Both the position numbers and the translations under genes were made by a program. DNA of 64,000 nt from Eledone cirrhosa (taxonomy: Eukaryota), in assembly GCA_964016885.1 (NCBI GenBank), contig OZ024763.1, positions 1,736,001-1,800,000 on the forward strand, given 5' to 3'. Positions 38,773 to 52,640 of this stretch are shown one piece after another; position 1 is the first letter of the stretch; every line of letters begins with the position of its first letter. Under the pieces are notes generated by a model, which was given only the letters and a program-made list of their open reading frames with translations, did not search any database and was not told where the DNA came from.

Positions 38773-39040
38773 TACATGGAACTCCTTTAACCATCTTTTG
38801 ATCTTATATTATACATATATATATATATATGGGGTAACAAATAATAGTTATATGCAGTCCACTTAGGTGTAGTCCAGTTATGGTACTCCGGGTAGTGGAT
38901 GATATCAACGCTTGGCTAAGTTTGACTCAACAAGGCGTTTCCATAGTGATGCTGCGAGTACGCTGTAATTCCTATGTTGTAAACACTTGGAGTAATAATA
39001 AATCAGGAAAGAAGAGTGACATGGTTTGCTATACAAAAAA

Positions 39041-39146
39041 GCTCTGATGAACTGACTGGTTATAATTTTGTATTGGCGATCGAGTAACGCGAAAATAAGC
39101 GGATAGCGATCTTTAGACCTACCAGTTCAGAGAAACAATTGTCAGC
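39041..39146 (+). ncRNA. Type I hammerhead motif with extended stem II
   Basis: GCU-CUGAUGA-aCUGACUGGU...ACCAGUuCAGa-GAAA-CAAUUG-UC-AGC; GUC cleavage triplet. Confidence 0.72.
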
Positions 39147-39196
39147 AATGAGATTAAAAACCTTTTTTGTATAGCAAACCGTGTCAATCTTCTTTC

Positions 39197-39232
<36 letters not shown>

Positions 39233-39963
39233 TATAGATTTTTCCCTGGATTTTACTAAATTCTGTGGATGAATTTATATCCTGATTCTCTTTTGAGATG
39301 AGTTTGAGTTATTTTTCCTAAATCTTTCGTTAACTACTTTTCCCATCTTGACGTTATAGTCGCTTATATGTTATAGAATGCCGTTAGCTTCTTGCTAAAA
39401 CAATCTCTATACCTCTCATTTATATATATATATATATATATGTGCTTGTCAGGTACGCAAGGAGAAGAACATGTTTGTACCTGCAGCATATGACATAAAT
39501 GGAAATTCATGAGGAAATCACACCCACACCAGCAACAAATGTAAATACTGCATCTTGAATTGCATGCGGGTCACCATAGAAATAATTATGAATAAATTAT
39601 TTCTATAAATAAACATTTTATGTAAACATTATTTCTTAATATTATTATTTGTAGAGCGTCAGACACCATGCTTTGCAGAATAGAGCTATAGCCCTTTACG
39701 TTCTGAGTTCAAATTCTGCCTTTCAGGTTAATTTTGCCTTTCATCCTTACGGGGTTGATAAAATAAAGTACCAGTAATACATTGGAATAATTGCTGGCCT
39801 CTTGCCAAAAGTAGAAACAATTATTCTTATATATATATACATGTGTGTATATATATATATATATATGTGTATATATGTGTGTATGTATATATGTGTATAT
39901 ATATGTGTGTATATATGTATATATATGTGTGTATATATGTATATATATGTGTATATATGTATA

Positions 39964-40000
<37 letters not shown>

Positions 40001-40057
40001 ATATATGTATATATATATATGTGTATATATGTATGTATATATATATGTGTATATATG

Positions 40058-40112
<55 letters not shown>

Positions 40113-41461
40113 ATTTTGGGGGAGACTCATGTTGGCCTAATATTGCCAAAAATAGTAAAACACACCCATTGTTTGGTTTGGTTTTCGCTTCAGTTTTAGA
40201 ATATTTTTTTAAAAATACTTTTATAAATAATTTAGTTGGCAATCAAAGTTTATCATTGATTGACCAACAGTTAAAAATATAAATATAAATTCTCAAAGTT
40301 CTTTTGTCACACATTTTCCTGTGACATCTTCAGTATCATCATCATCTTCAGTATATATATATATATATGTGTGTGTGTGGAGGTACATGGCTTAGAGGTT
40401 AGAGCATTGACTTTGCAATCAGGAGGTTGTGAGTTTGGTTCTCAAACCGGGTGATGTGTTGTGTCCTTGAGCAAGGTACCTTATTTCATGTTGCTCCAGT
40501 TTAGTCAGCCAACCTGGCACTCATGATTCCTCCTCAACCAACTCATGACCAACCCTCCAAATTTGGCAAACCAAACATGGACTGCCTATCTTCCCAAACT
40601 CAGCAAATCAAACATGTATGATGCACACGCAGACACACACACACCATTTCACATGAATTCTTCCAAAGAACTGTGCAATGGAATTGAAACTGAAACCATA
40701 TAGTTGTAAAGTAAATTTGCTGCAATCACATGACCATGCCTGAACCTCATACTGTCTTAGACTTTTGTAATATTCTTATTCCAGAAATAAAAAAACCAGA
40801 AACTCTCATGGCTCTAATACTTGAGGATCAATTGTTCAATCAACTCTAGATCTATAACTTCACAAAAGCATGACAAGAGAAGCCACAGGTCCTAAGATCA
40901 CCAAACTGGTTCCTTGGTTCCTAGAGATTTATAGGATTATAGGTTTCTCCAGCCTTTCAATCGATCTGGAATTCTGTAGAGGGTGGTTTTTATTTTATTT
41001 TATTTTTATTTTTTTCTCAGTTACTTGAAGCAAAGATATAGTGTAGTTACATTAATACTAACATACCACACACACAGATACACACACACATACATACATA
41101 CACACACACTCTCACACACACACACGCACGCACACAGGTGTACATACACACTCACACACATGCATACATACACACATGCGTACATACGTACCCATGCATA
41201 CATACGCACGCATGCACACGCACACATACCCACACATGCACGCGCACACCTACCCACACACTCATAGACGCATACACACACACTCACACACACTCACGCA
41301 CACATACACACACTCACACTCACACGCACACACTCACACACATACACACTCACATACACACACTCACACTTACGATTCTAACCCAATTAATTGATCCTAT
41401 TGAAATCACATGAAAAACACTTTGACACTTCTTGTAGTTGACAAATCAATGACAAATATAC

Positions 41462-41560
41462 CTTTAGATGTTGAGAGAATACTGACAGATCAATAACCAA
41501 TAATCTTTGCTCGTAAGATAAACTTGATTCGTGTTTTGTGCGTTGACTATAAACACACAT
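41462..41560 (-). other. Candidate upstream exon (99 nt, open frame MCVYSQRTKHESSLSYEQRLLVIDLSVFSQHLK)
   Basis: ctttctctag acceptor, AAG|gtatat donor, non-repetitive, stop-free in phase 0; no recognised homology. Confidence 0.3.
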
Positions 41561-42025
41561 CTAGAGAAAGTAAAATAAAGATATATCCATGGAAAATAGT
41601 TCTGTTATAGGAAACTGTTGGCCATTTTTAGTTGGAAATTTTAGCTTTATTTGCTATCTTTTTTCAGGGTGTCCCTTAAAAATGTATGCACATATTTATT
41701 AAAATGATGTTGAAGTCATCATCATCATCGTTTAACGCCTATCTTCCACACCAGCATGGGTTAGACGGGAGTTGTCCCAATTTGAGGCAAGTGGTTAGAT
41801 AGTTGGATTTGCAACCATTAGGTTGTAGGTTCAATTCCCAGATTGGCCGATGCATTTTGTCCTTGAGCAAGACACTTCATTTCACAATGCTCTTTCTGCC
41901 TCACCAACCCACAATTGACTAAGTGTGGTGAGGACAGCTACACCCCTGAAGACATGACTAAAATCAAATAGAAAGTGGTTGAGGTCAATGATGGAGGAGT
42001 TCTTCCAACAAGTGTGAAGTCTTGG

Positions 42026-42740
42026 ATTGGAGGTCAACCAGGGAGGGGTTTCTCCAACAGGAGAGAGAAGACCCTGTATTGGAGGTCAACCAGGGAGGGG
42101 TTTCTCCAACAGGAGAGAGAAGACCCTGTATTGGAGGTCACCCAGAGAGGGGTTCCTCCAACAGGAGAGCGAAGACCCTGTATTGGAGGTCAACCAGGGA
42201 GGGGTTCCTCCAACAGGAGAGAGAAGACACTGCATTGGGGGTCAACCAGGGAGGGGTTCCTCCAACAGGAGAGAAGACCCTGTATTGGAGGTCAATCAGG
42301 GAGGGGTTCCTCCAACAGGAGAGAGAAGACACTGCATTGGGGGTCAACCAGGGAGGGGTTCCTCCAACAGGAGAGAAGACCCTGTATTGGAGGTCAATCA
42401 GGGAGGGGTTCCTCCAACAGGAAAGAGAAGACTCTGTATTGGAGGTCAACCAGGGAGGGGTTCCTCCAATAGAAAAGAGAAGACCCTGTATTGGAGGTCA
42501 ACCAGGGAGGGGTTCCTCCAACAGGAGAGAAGACCCTGTATTGGAGGTCAACCAGGGAGGGGTTCCTCCAACAGGAGAGAGAAGACTCTGTATTGGAGGT
42601 CAACCAGGGATGGGTTCCTCCAACAGGAAAGAGAAGACTCTGTATTGGAGGTCAACCAGAGAGGGGTTCCTCCAACAGGAAAGAGAAGACTCTGTATTGG
42701 AGGTCAATCAGGAAGGGGTTCCTCCGGAAGGAATAAAAAG
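42026..42740. repeat. 52/48-bp GC-rich minisatellite, ~14 copies
   Basis: tattggaggtcaaccagggaggggttcctccaacaggagagagaagaccctg. Confidence 0.92.
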
Positions 42741-43790
42741 GCCCTGGATTGGATATTTACTTCATTCATAATGGTTTCTAATTTTGGCGTGATGAGTGAG
42801 TCTATTATATCTTCCCATGAATTACTACTTGACTGGTATCATCATCGTCGTTTAATGTCCATTTTCCATGCTACCATGAGGGTACTTTATTTTATCAACC
42901 TCAGAAGAATGAAGGGCAAAGTTTACCTCGGTGGGATTTACTATATTCATAATAACTATAAATACATATATTTACACCTTTTTTTTTTACTACTTAGTAT
43001 TACCAGAGCCTCCAAGAGTAAATTTGTCAGGTGTATGTATTTGTGTGTGCAGGTATGTCATTACATGTGTGGATCTGTGTATTTTGTGTTATATGTGCAT
43101 GTTTTTGTATATGTGTGTGTATATGTTTGTATGTGTGTATGTATATGTTTGTATGTGTGTATGTATATATGTATGAATGGATAAAGTATGTATATATCTG
43201 TGTGTGTCTGACAGTATTTACTCAATGTAAATATGAAAAGAGGTACCGTAAATTGGCCGAGTGAGTCAGGTTGTAAAATAACAGGTACCAGTAAAATACT
43301 TGGGTCAAGGAAGTGTGTCCTGTTGATTATGACAAGAGGACAATAATCATGATGAGTTGTCGTTTAACCTCAGGCATTTCAACATGACCATCCCATCTTT
43401 TTATGAGTTACGTCGAAGACGAGTCGTACTTGGGGTTCCTTTTATACTAAAGAAGCTAGGGTTTCGTGCGTGAGTCATTTGGCTACTATTTCTAGCAGGT
43501 CTAGCGAACACATTCCTGCCCCGTCCCTTGCTCGTATAACAGGTGCACGTTGTAGTTGATTAGTTCCCAGGTAAATCCTGATTGAGCAAAGATATAATCC
43601 AAGCTATTCCAATCATGATCAGCCTGTTTTCTTTTTCCTCCTCCTCCTCCTCATTGTTTAACATCCATTTTCCAAGCTAGCATGGGTTAGACTGGTTGAC
43701 CCATTTTAGGCATGTCGGGTCAGGTGACCGTGTTTTGCTTACAAAGAACTGTTTCTGGTTAGGTTTCTACAGCTGGATGCCCTTCCTTAA

Positions 43791-43962
43791 CCTTTAGCAT
43801 TTAACCCGGCTGTAACTGGCCGCTCATACTGAAGCTAAGGTATTATTCTCAAAATAAATATCAAAGTCTCATAGACTTGATATTATATGAGATATTATGT
43901 AAGATAAAGTGTTTACCATGAAAATAAAATAATAAATATAGAGTAATCTCAATGCTAAAGGG
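43791..43962. mobile_element. piggyBac-type MITE
   Basis: ttaa-cctttagcattt ... aatgctaaaggg-ttaa. Other copies near 12495-12712, 17670-17865, 32410-32554, 32663-32965, 46615-46955. Confidence 0.82.
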
Positions 43963-45005
43963 TTAATATCTAAATCCACATTATGTAATGTGTCCTTCCT
44001 GTTTTGGGATTTTTTTTTTTTTTTTTTTTTTTGGTAATATTGTAAGGTGTGATTTGAGTTATTTGGTTTGCTATTTCTAGCAGGTTGTAGAGAGTCCAGT
44101 GTTGGCTCTGCTTATAAAAGAAAATCAACAATAAAAAAACTATAGACTGTGGTGAATGTTAACTGATGAGGGATCAGAACCATACCATATTTTTTATAGT
44201 AATGTGGGGACTTACCTCATCAATCAGAGCAGCTTGTCTAAACCACTGCCACCACCATTACTACCACCACCGACACTGCCACCACATGTCCAGTCTACAA
44301 AAGCTGTGACAACCAACTGTCGGCCATGTTTGTTTATGTGTGTTGCCTAGCGACAACTGATGTGTGTGTGTGGGGGGGGGGGGGGCAGTGATCATAGATC
44401 AGGGTGAAAGAGAAAGAGGGGTGGGTGGGGTATGTGTTGTTGTGATATAAAGTATGAGAGAGGTAGAGAGAGAGAGAGAGAAAGGTGAAAGAGATGGAGT
44501 AGAGAGAGAGAAAGGAGATAGAGAGAGAGAGGGTGCATTGTGCCTGAGAGAGAGAAAATGAGAGGGGCAGAGAGAGAACATTCAATGCTGGGGTGGTATC
44601 TGTGTCTTACATAGACTGATGGTGGTGGAGGTGGTGGTGGAGATGGTGGTGATAGTGGTGGTGGTGGTGGTGGTGGTGGTGGTGGTGGTGGTGGTGGTGG
44701 TGGTGGTGGTGGTGGAGGTGATGGTGGTGATGGTGGTGGAGGGGTGGTGGTGATGGTGGTGGAGGGGTGGTGGTGGAGATGGTGGTGGTGGTGATGGTGG
44801 TGGTGGAGGTGATGGTGGTGATGGTGGTGGAGGGGTGGTGGTGATAGAGGTGGTAGAGGTGGAGATGGTGGTGGTGGTGATAGTGGTGGTATATTATGAA
44901 ATGTCAGGCAGTAAAGCAATGTCGGACATTCAGAAGTTTTTAAAATTATTTTTATTATCTGTTTTTCTTTGGTAAACTGGACAAAGACTATATTGATGGT
45001 GGTAG

Positions 45006-45043
<38 letters not shown>

Positions 45044-45452
45044 CAAAGGAGGTGTGGTAAGGAACCATAACACACCAGAGTACTCAATACTTAGGGTAGT
45101 AGAGTGGGTAATAGGAAAAGAGTTAGGACCCCGAGAATTGAACACACAACCTTTCGATTGCAAGCCCAATGCCCTAACCACTAAGCCCTGCACCTTCACA
45201 TATATGTATGTGCATATGCGTTTTACGTCCATTCTTCCATGCTAGCATGGGTTGGACGTGTTGTCCTGTTGTGAGCAGTGTCAGGTCGGGTGACCTTGTC
45301 TTGCTCGTACATAATATACATGTGTGTGTTTGTGTGTGTGTGTGTGTATATGTATATGTGTGTAAATATGTGTGTTTATGTAATATACATGTGTGTGTGT
45401 ATCTATACAGAGAGAGATAGAGAGAGAGATATAGAGAAAGAGAGAGATAGAG

Positions 45453-45483
<31 letters not shown>

Positions 45484-47724
45484 TCGAGAGAGATAGAGAG
45501 AGAGAGAGAGTGAGACAGATATAGAGAAATAGATAAAGATAGAAAGAGAGAGAGAGATAGAGAGAGAGAAATGATGATGATGGTGATGATCATCATTATA
45601 TGAGCTTTTAAAATTCTGTAAGTAACAGAAAGCAATTCCAGAAACCAATTACCAATTTTTGAAGTGTCCACTTTGTAGAGTATTTCCATAATTCTATAAT
45701 TCTATAATTCCATATTTTCACTCCATTATTGAACAGTCCTTAAATCAAACATATAAAATATAGCATTGACTGATTGACATAACCCAGGATGACATTTCCA
45801 GCACCTAAATGCTGAACTTACCATAGAAATCGGAAGTCTGATATAAGTGACCTCGGAATCCAAAGATCACCTATCCACCAACCCACCAACCCACCACCCA
45901 CTCGTCTACCTATTCATTGATCCAGTGATCCAGCCATTCATTCATCTATCCATCTTTTCATACACATAGACTAACGCGTTTATACACACACACATACTTA
46001 CGCACACACATGGTGGCTGCCAACTCGTTTTCGAGTACGGCCACTACTTTATATCCATGTAGGAGAACCCCTACCGATGCGCTGAACGAGTGTGACTTTT
46101 TAGTCCAGCCAGCAACTTGAAAACTCTGGTACAAACACTACACCTGTGACAATTATTGACACATAGTGCTGGGCCCATGGTACCATGTAACGACAAGTGC
46201 AGAGAGATCTCCAGATATAAAGCAATGCCTGTGCCGTGAAGCTTTTATAGTGAGCAAAGGCACTATTGGATACCATCAGAGTTGCAGGTGTTATATCAGA
46301 GTTTTCCTTCTCCTAGAATTCTGCCTTGACAAAGGCTAAGGGGTCATCTCCCCCGGTGATTTTGGATGGCCATTGACTCTTAAGAGGTCATTTGCCCTTC
46401 GACAGGTTTTGTTTTTAGTCCTGGAAGATGTCCAAAGTCACCCTCCTCACCAAGAAACCTTGGTGGGGTTGCCAGTTTAGTCGCCAACGACCCGACCATG
46501 GGACAGATTGTACTGGGATACATGTTACCAGTAGCACCAACTGGTGACCTGACATATATATACATACATACATACACACATACATGATGGCTGCCCCCTC
46601 GTTATCGAGTATAGCCGTATCCGGTCAGAATTCTCTCACCTCTTTCTGTTCAAACCGGCTGTAACCGGCCACTCATACTGATGTTAAGGTATTGTTCTCA
46701 AAATAAATATTAAAATCTCATAGATTTGATATTATGTGAGATATTATGTGAGGTAAAGCCTTTACCATGAAAATATAAAAGTATATATAAAGTAATGTAA
46801 ATGTTATGTGAAATATTATGTGAGGTAAAGCCTTTACTGTGAAAATACAATAGTATATATAGAGTAATGTAAATGTTATGTGAGATATTATGTGAGGTAA
46901 AGCCTTTACTGTGAAAATACAATAGTATATATAGTGTAATGTAAATGGTAATGGGTTAATACTGGTCCTCAATTCTAATTACTCTGCTTTACAGATAATT
47001 GCACCAGCTATTCCGATATAAGACCTGTTGGGTGGTAGAATAGTTAGTTATATCTCTTTACATTCTAAGTTCAAATCTTGCTGGGTGGGGATAGATGTGA
47101 AGGGGTTGACTTTATTTTTGTTCCCCCTTCTCTGGTATTTAATTAAATTGATTTCATGCATAAAATTAATTTGTATTCTCTTAGGAACATTATATAATAT
47201 ACTTCTATTTTTCCTTTCGCCCTTCAATGAAGCAATGTCTGATCTTAAGCCTGGGAGGTGATAACAATAGTACTAATTATGACTGTTGCAGTACCATGGT
47301 GTGGTTTTATTGAGAGAGGGGGGGGGGGCAGATTATTAACTGAGAAGACTGTGAAGTACAGCTTACTAGCAACTCCATACGGTATACTGCTTAGGAGGTG
47401 ATAACAATACTGAACTAATTGCAATTCTACTGTGGTGCAGTTTTAATGATAGGGAAATATTCACAGACTTATTGAAAAGTGCAGCTTACTTACAAAATAA
47501 TGTCTACTGTTTTAACAGTAGCACTGACATAGCATGATTGATAATAGAATTAAATACGGTATTTCTTGATGTCAAAGATGCTACTTTTTTCCTAAAATAA
47601 GTCTAAAAAATCTACCATGAGTCCTGGAGACGGATTATTTTTTTTTCAAATTTTTGCTTGTCAAAATTAGGTCCTTGAGGACGAAGCATCTTTAGTGACG
47701 GGAAATGGTGTCTATATATATATT

Positions 47725-48063
47725 TCATTCATTCGTTTCATTTTACGTCCGCTTTTCCCTGCTTGCAAGGGTGGGACGGGAACTGATTCTGGCTTGATTT
47801 CTACAGCTGGATGCCCTTCCTAACACCAACCTCATTTACAGTGAGTGCTGGGTCCCTTTTTTGCTGTGGCACCGCCACAACCACTTTGCTATGGAATGAT
47901 AGGGACCCCAGTCCCTATCATCTCATTTCTACAGCTGAGTAAACTGGAGCAATGTGAAATAAAGTATCTTGCTCAAGGAAACAACACATCACCCAGTCTG
48001 AGAATTGAATTCACAACCTTTCGATTGCAAGTCCAATGCTCTAACCACTAAGCCATGTGCCTC
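47725..48063 (-). mobile_element. SINE family A, full length
   Basis: Reverse complement of family A. Confidence 0.88.
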
Positions 48064-48072
48064 AATATCTCC

Positions 48073-48104
<32 letters not shown>

Positions 48105-48379
48105 TATCATCATCATCATTGTTTATTATTATTATTTTTGGTGAATTGGCAGTATCTGTAGAGGGTTGGACGCCATGCTTTCTAGCATAGTTACGTCCCT
48201 TTACAGTCTGAGTTCAAATCCCGCCGAGGTTAACTTTGCCTTTCATCCTTACAGGGTCGATAAAATAAAGTACCAGTAATGTACTTGGTAATTGCTGGCC
48301 TTGTGCCTAAAGTAGAAAAAATTATTATCTTTGGCAGTAAATTGGTAGAATCCACATCTAAGCTAGGTAACAATTGTCT

Positions 48380-48545
48380 CTGGTAGGTTGTGGTTAAGCC
48401 TGTAGCAGTGGAGACTTCTGATATTCTTGGCTCCAAAACCATATCTCTGCTCACTGCCATTGGAGCGAGAGTTAGTTACTTGCAGGTGCGAGCCCTGTGA
48501 GATGGAGTATCTGTTCCAGTACATCTCACTGGGGCTGATTTAAGC
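48380..48545 (+). pseudogene. Relic of a restriction-like-endonuclease (CRE-like) retrotransposon C-terminus
   Basis: KPVAVETSDILGSKTISLLTAIGARV, then frameshifted EPCEMEYLFQYISLGLI; resembles PVAVET.G..G...GRR....EPRE..WLFQRISLA. Confidence 0.55.
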
Positions 48546-49429
48546 AACTTTCACTTCCCCCAAAATTGATGGCCTTGTTCCTAAATCAGAAACCATTATT
48601 ATGTGTCATGGATGAAAGGCAAAGTTAACCTTGGTCTGAGTTCAAATTCTGCCGAGGTTAACTTTGCCTTTCATCCTTACATGGTCGATAAAATAAAGTA
48701 CCAGTAATACACTGGGATAATTGCTGGCCTTGTGCCAAAAGTAGAAACAATTATTATATAACATTCTAATCAGTAAGCTAATTAGGACTCAGCCTGTTTG
48801 TATATAAATCGTTAAAGCACAAAGCATTATGTTTTCAGTTAAAGTACATTAAAACATATATTATGTAAGTGGTTCGAGAGTTGATTAAGCTATTAGCTGT
48901 CAGTGTGGTATCTTATCACATCATCTAGTCTACATTTATTTCCATTACACAAAAACCCTGCTGATTAGAGCTTAAATAATTTATTAATTGACTTGGTTAC
49001 CAGCAATAAGCACTACTTATGCAAAACGGAATATTCCATTTAGTGAAGTTCTTATTAGCAGTGACTACAGCATATATAATATCTTGTTCTTTTGGTTATT
49101 GTTCACGTTGTTTCATTCACAAGACACAGGTCAAACCATGTGCCATACAATGGTACTGAGTTCAGAGCCACTTGTACTTGTTATTCTTCATCTTGGTCTT
49201 GTTGCTGCTGTTGTTGCAGTTGCTGCTACTGTTGTTGCAATTGCTGTTACTGTTGTTGCTGTTACTGTTGTTGCTGCTGTTGTTCTTTATCTACCTTTTC
49301 ATCTTTGATTCACAAGACATAGTCACCCAAGGTGCCATAGAGTGGCACTAAATCCAGAGCCACTTGTTTATTTTATTCTTCTTGTTCAACTTGTTTTAGA
49401 TTGTTCATCTTGTTCATCTTTGATATATT

Positions 49430-49830
49430 GTACATCTGGTTGTTGTTCACCTGGTTGTTGTTCATCTTGTTCACCTTGTTAAAGTTACACATCTGTTCAT
49501 CGTGTTGTTGTTCACCTTGTTAAAGTTACACATCTGTTCATCGTGTTGTTGTTCACCTTGTTAAAGTTACACATCTGTTCATCTTGTTGTTCACCTTGTT
49601 AAAGGTACACATCTGTTCATCTTGTTGTTGTTCACTTTGTTAAAGGTACACATCTTGTTCATCTGTTGTTGTTAAGCTTGTTAAACCTGGACATCTGATT
49701 CATCTTTTGGTGTTAAGCTTGTTAAACTTGGACATCTGGTTCATCTGTTGGTGTTCATCTTGTTAAACTTGGAAATCTGGTTCATCTGTTGTTGTTCATC
49801 TTATTAAATCTGGATATCTTGCTCATATTG
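49430..49830. repeat. ~36-39-bp degenerate minisatellite
   Basis: gttgttgttcaccttgttaaagttacacatctgttcatc units. Confidence 0.8.
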
Positions 49831-50882
49831 TTGTTTATTTTTTTATTTTTTTATTTGCCTTGTTTATCTTGTCCATCCTGTTCATTTTGTTGCTCTTGTT
49901 GTTTCTGTTCATTTTGTTCATGTACATCTTGTTGTTAGGGGTAGAGTGCTTAAAGATTCCTTCTCCAGATTTATTCATCACCACCATCATCACCATCATC
50001 ACCATCATCACCATCATCATTACCATCATCATCACCATCACCATCATCATCACCATCATCATTACTATCATCATTATTATCATCATTATCATCATCATTA
50101 TCGTCATCACTATCATCATCCTCATCACCATTCTTATCCTCCTCATCATCACCATCACCACCATTATCATCACCACCATTATCATCGTCATTTCCTCATG
50201 CCATAGGCCTCTGCTAGAGATATCCTACAGTGTAGCTACTCTCTTTATAAAGCAGTTATTAGGTCATGCTGAACTGATACAGCAAAGTTTTCAAGTGGCT
50301 TAGAACATGTCTTGGTGCCAAGATATTTAGCAGAGAAATGATGTGATTACATCTGCTGAAACTGGCAACATGTTGCTTCAAATTTACAAAAATACCCATG
50401 TGGGTATTTTATATATAATATATTACATATATATCCTTTCTGAGTATATTATATATATATTACATATATAACCTTTCTGGAATATATTACAAAAATATCC
50501 TTCTGGGTATATTATATATAATATATTACATATATATCCTTTCTGAGTATATTATATATTATATATATATATATATATATTACATATATACCCTTTATAG
50601 AATATATTACAAAAATATCCTTCTGGGTATATTATATATAATATATTACATATATATCCTTTCTGAAATATATTATCATTAAGAATATGTTGCTAGCTGA
50701 TCAGTACAGCTGTAGTTAACACAGAGTAACTTATAAGAATGACATTGTCTACGTGAACTAAATTCTATTTGTTTAGTATATATATCTGGTTAGTGACTTC
50801 TTCCACTCATGACAATTCTGTCATGTCTGCTGACATCCTTTCAACAAGCTTCTGATAACTTGATATCAGAAGAAATTTTATA

Positions 50883-51218
50883 GCGGCACATGGCTTAGTG
50901 GTTAGAGCATTGGCCTTGCAATAGAAAGGTTGTGAGTTTAATTCTCAGACCGGGTGATGTGTTGTTTCCTTGAGCAAGACACTTTATTTCACATTGCTCC
51001 AGTTTACTCAGCTGTAGAAATGAGATGATAGGGACTGGGGTCCATATCATTCCACTGCAAAGTGGTCGTGGAGGTGCCACGGCAAAAAAGCACCCAGCAC
51101 TCACTGTAAATGAGGTTGGTGTTAGGAAGGGCATCCAGCTGTAGAAATCAAGCCAGAATCAGTTGCCGTCCCACCCTTGCAAGCAAGGAAAAGTGGACGT
51201 AAAATGAAATGATGATGA
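50883..51218 (+). mobile_element. SINE family A, full length
   Basis: Near-identical to 4212-4556. Confidence 0.88.
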
Positions 51219-51249
51219 ATCTAACTCATAATATGTAAATATTAATTCC

Positions 51250-51752
51250 TAATTTAGGCATTACGCCAGCAAATTTAAAGGAAGGGCAAAGTCGATTAAA
51301 TCGACTCCAGTACATTACTGGTACTTTATTTTATCGACTCAGTAAGGATGAAAGGCAAAGTTAACCTCGGCGGGATTTGAACTCAGAACGTAAAGGGCCA
51401 TAACTCTGTGCTTCAAAGCATGCCGTCTGATGCTCTACTGATACTGCCAATCATGGTTTCTGATTTAGACACAAGGCCAGCAATTACCCCAGTGCATTAC
51501 TGGTACTTTATTTTATCGATCCCGTAAGGATGAAAGGCAAAATTAACCTCGGGGGGATTTGAACTCAGAACGCAAAGGGCCATAACTCTGTGCTGCAAAG
51601 CATGCCGTCTGACGCTCTACTGATACTGCCAATCATGGTTTCTGATTTAGACACAAGGCCAGTAATTATCCCAGTACATTACTGGTACTTTATTTTATCG
51701 ACCCCGTATGGATGAAAGGCAAAGTTAACCTCGCCGGGATTTGAACTGAGAC
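51250..51752 (-). mobile_element. Three tandem SINE family B copies
   Basis: Head-to-tail units of ~182 bp. Confidence 0.82.
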
Positions 51753-52640
51753 TGTCTAGTGCATCACTTGATGATTATTTAAATTCTTGTTTGTTTTATC
51801 TAATAAATAACTAAAGTAATAAATAAGGAATCCGACAAGTCTTGAGGTAGCCAAAATATTTGGTTCTATTATTTTATTGCATAAAGTTTTCTCCGTAATA
51901 ACTAATTTAATCAGAAATATCCCTCCATTTCTTGAGAGAATTAATTGTTATAACAAGTAGTAGTAGCAGCAGTAGTACTGGTGGTGGTGGTGGTAGTAGT
52001 AGTTATTGTATTGGTAGTAGTAATGGTAGTAGTAGTGGTGGTAGTAGTAGTGGTGGTGGTGGTGGTAGTAGTGGTGGTGGTGGTGGTGGTGGTGGTGGTG
52101 GTGGTGGTGGTAGTAGTAGTAGCTGTGGTGGTGGTGGTGGTGGTGGTGGTAGTAGTAGTAGTAGTAGTACTAACATTCCAACACTATTAAAGCCAAAACT
52201 TTCTAAACAGATATTTGATTAGTTCATTATAGAGAAATATTTCCTCTTAAATTATTATTATTATTATTATTATTTCTGATTTGTTTTTTGAGCAAAGTTT
52301 GCTTAAATATGTAATTAATGCCAGTTGACAAAACTGGCGCCATTAAATTTTGTTAAGTCTCCTCAATATAGAAATTTAGGAAAGAGGAAATTTCCCTGGG
52401 AATCAATCATAAAATTAAACCAAACTACAGTTGAGCAAAACAGCTATTTTTCATGTTGTTCCCGTAGACTCAACTGAAAATGAGTACTAACAGTAGCTGG
52501 AGAGTAATTCTGCGATGGACTGGTATCCTATCCAGAGGAAGAAAGAAGTTTTATAGTCTTACTTGCTTAATGCCGAGAAATGAAACCAAGGATAAGCACC
52601 AGCTTGATGACTTGGGACAGACTTTAAAATTTTTAACATA

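Larger units (their letters stand above)
38532..38812. repeat. Inverted repeat, 112-bp arms, 57-nt spacer
   Basis: 38532-38643 vs 38701-38812. Confidence 0.95.

Noticed and set aside
41975-43184. Long ORFs and repeat-spacer appearance
   Set aside because: Pure tandem repeat open in all frames; no spacers.
44163-44185. CTGATGAG hammerhead-like start
   Set aside because: No stem II closure followed by GAAA, and no stem I.
44216-45870. Three small segments splicable into one peptide (VIFGFRGHLY...LDKLL*)
   Set aside because: Acceptors lack polypyrimidine tracts and no homology was recognised; not called as CDS.
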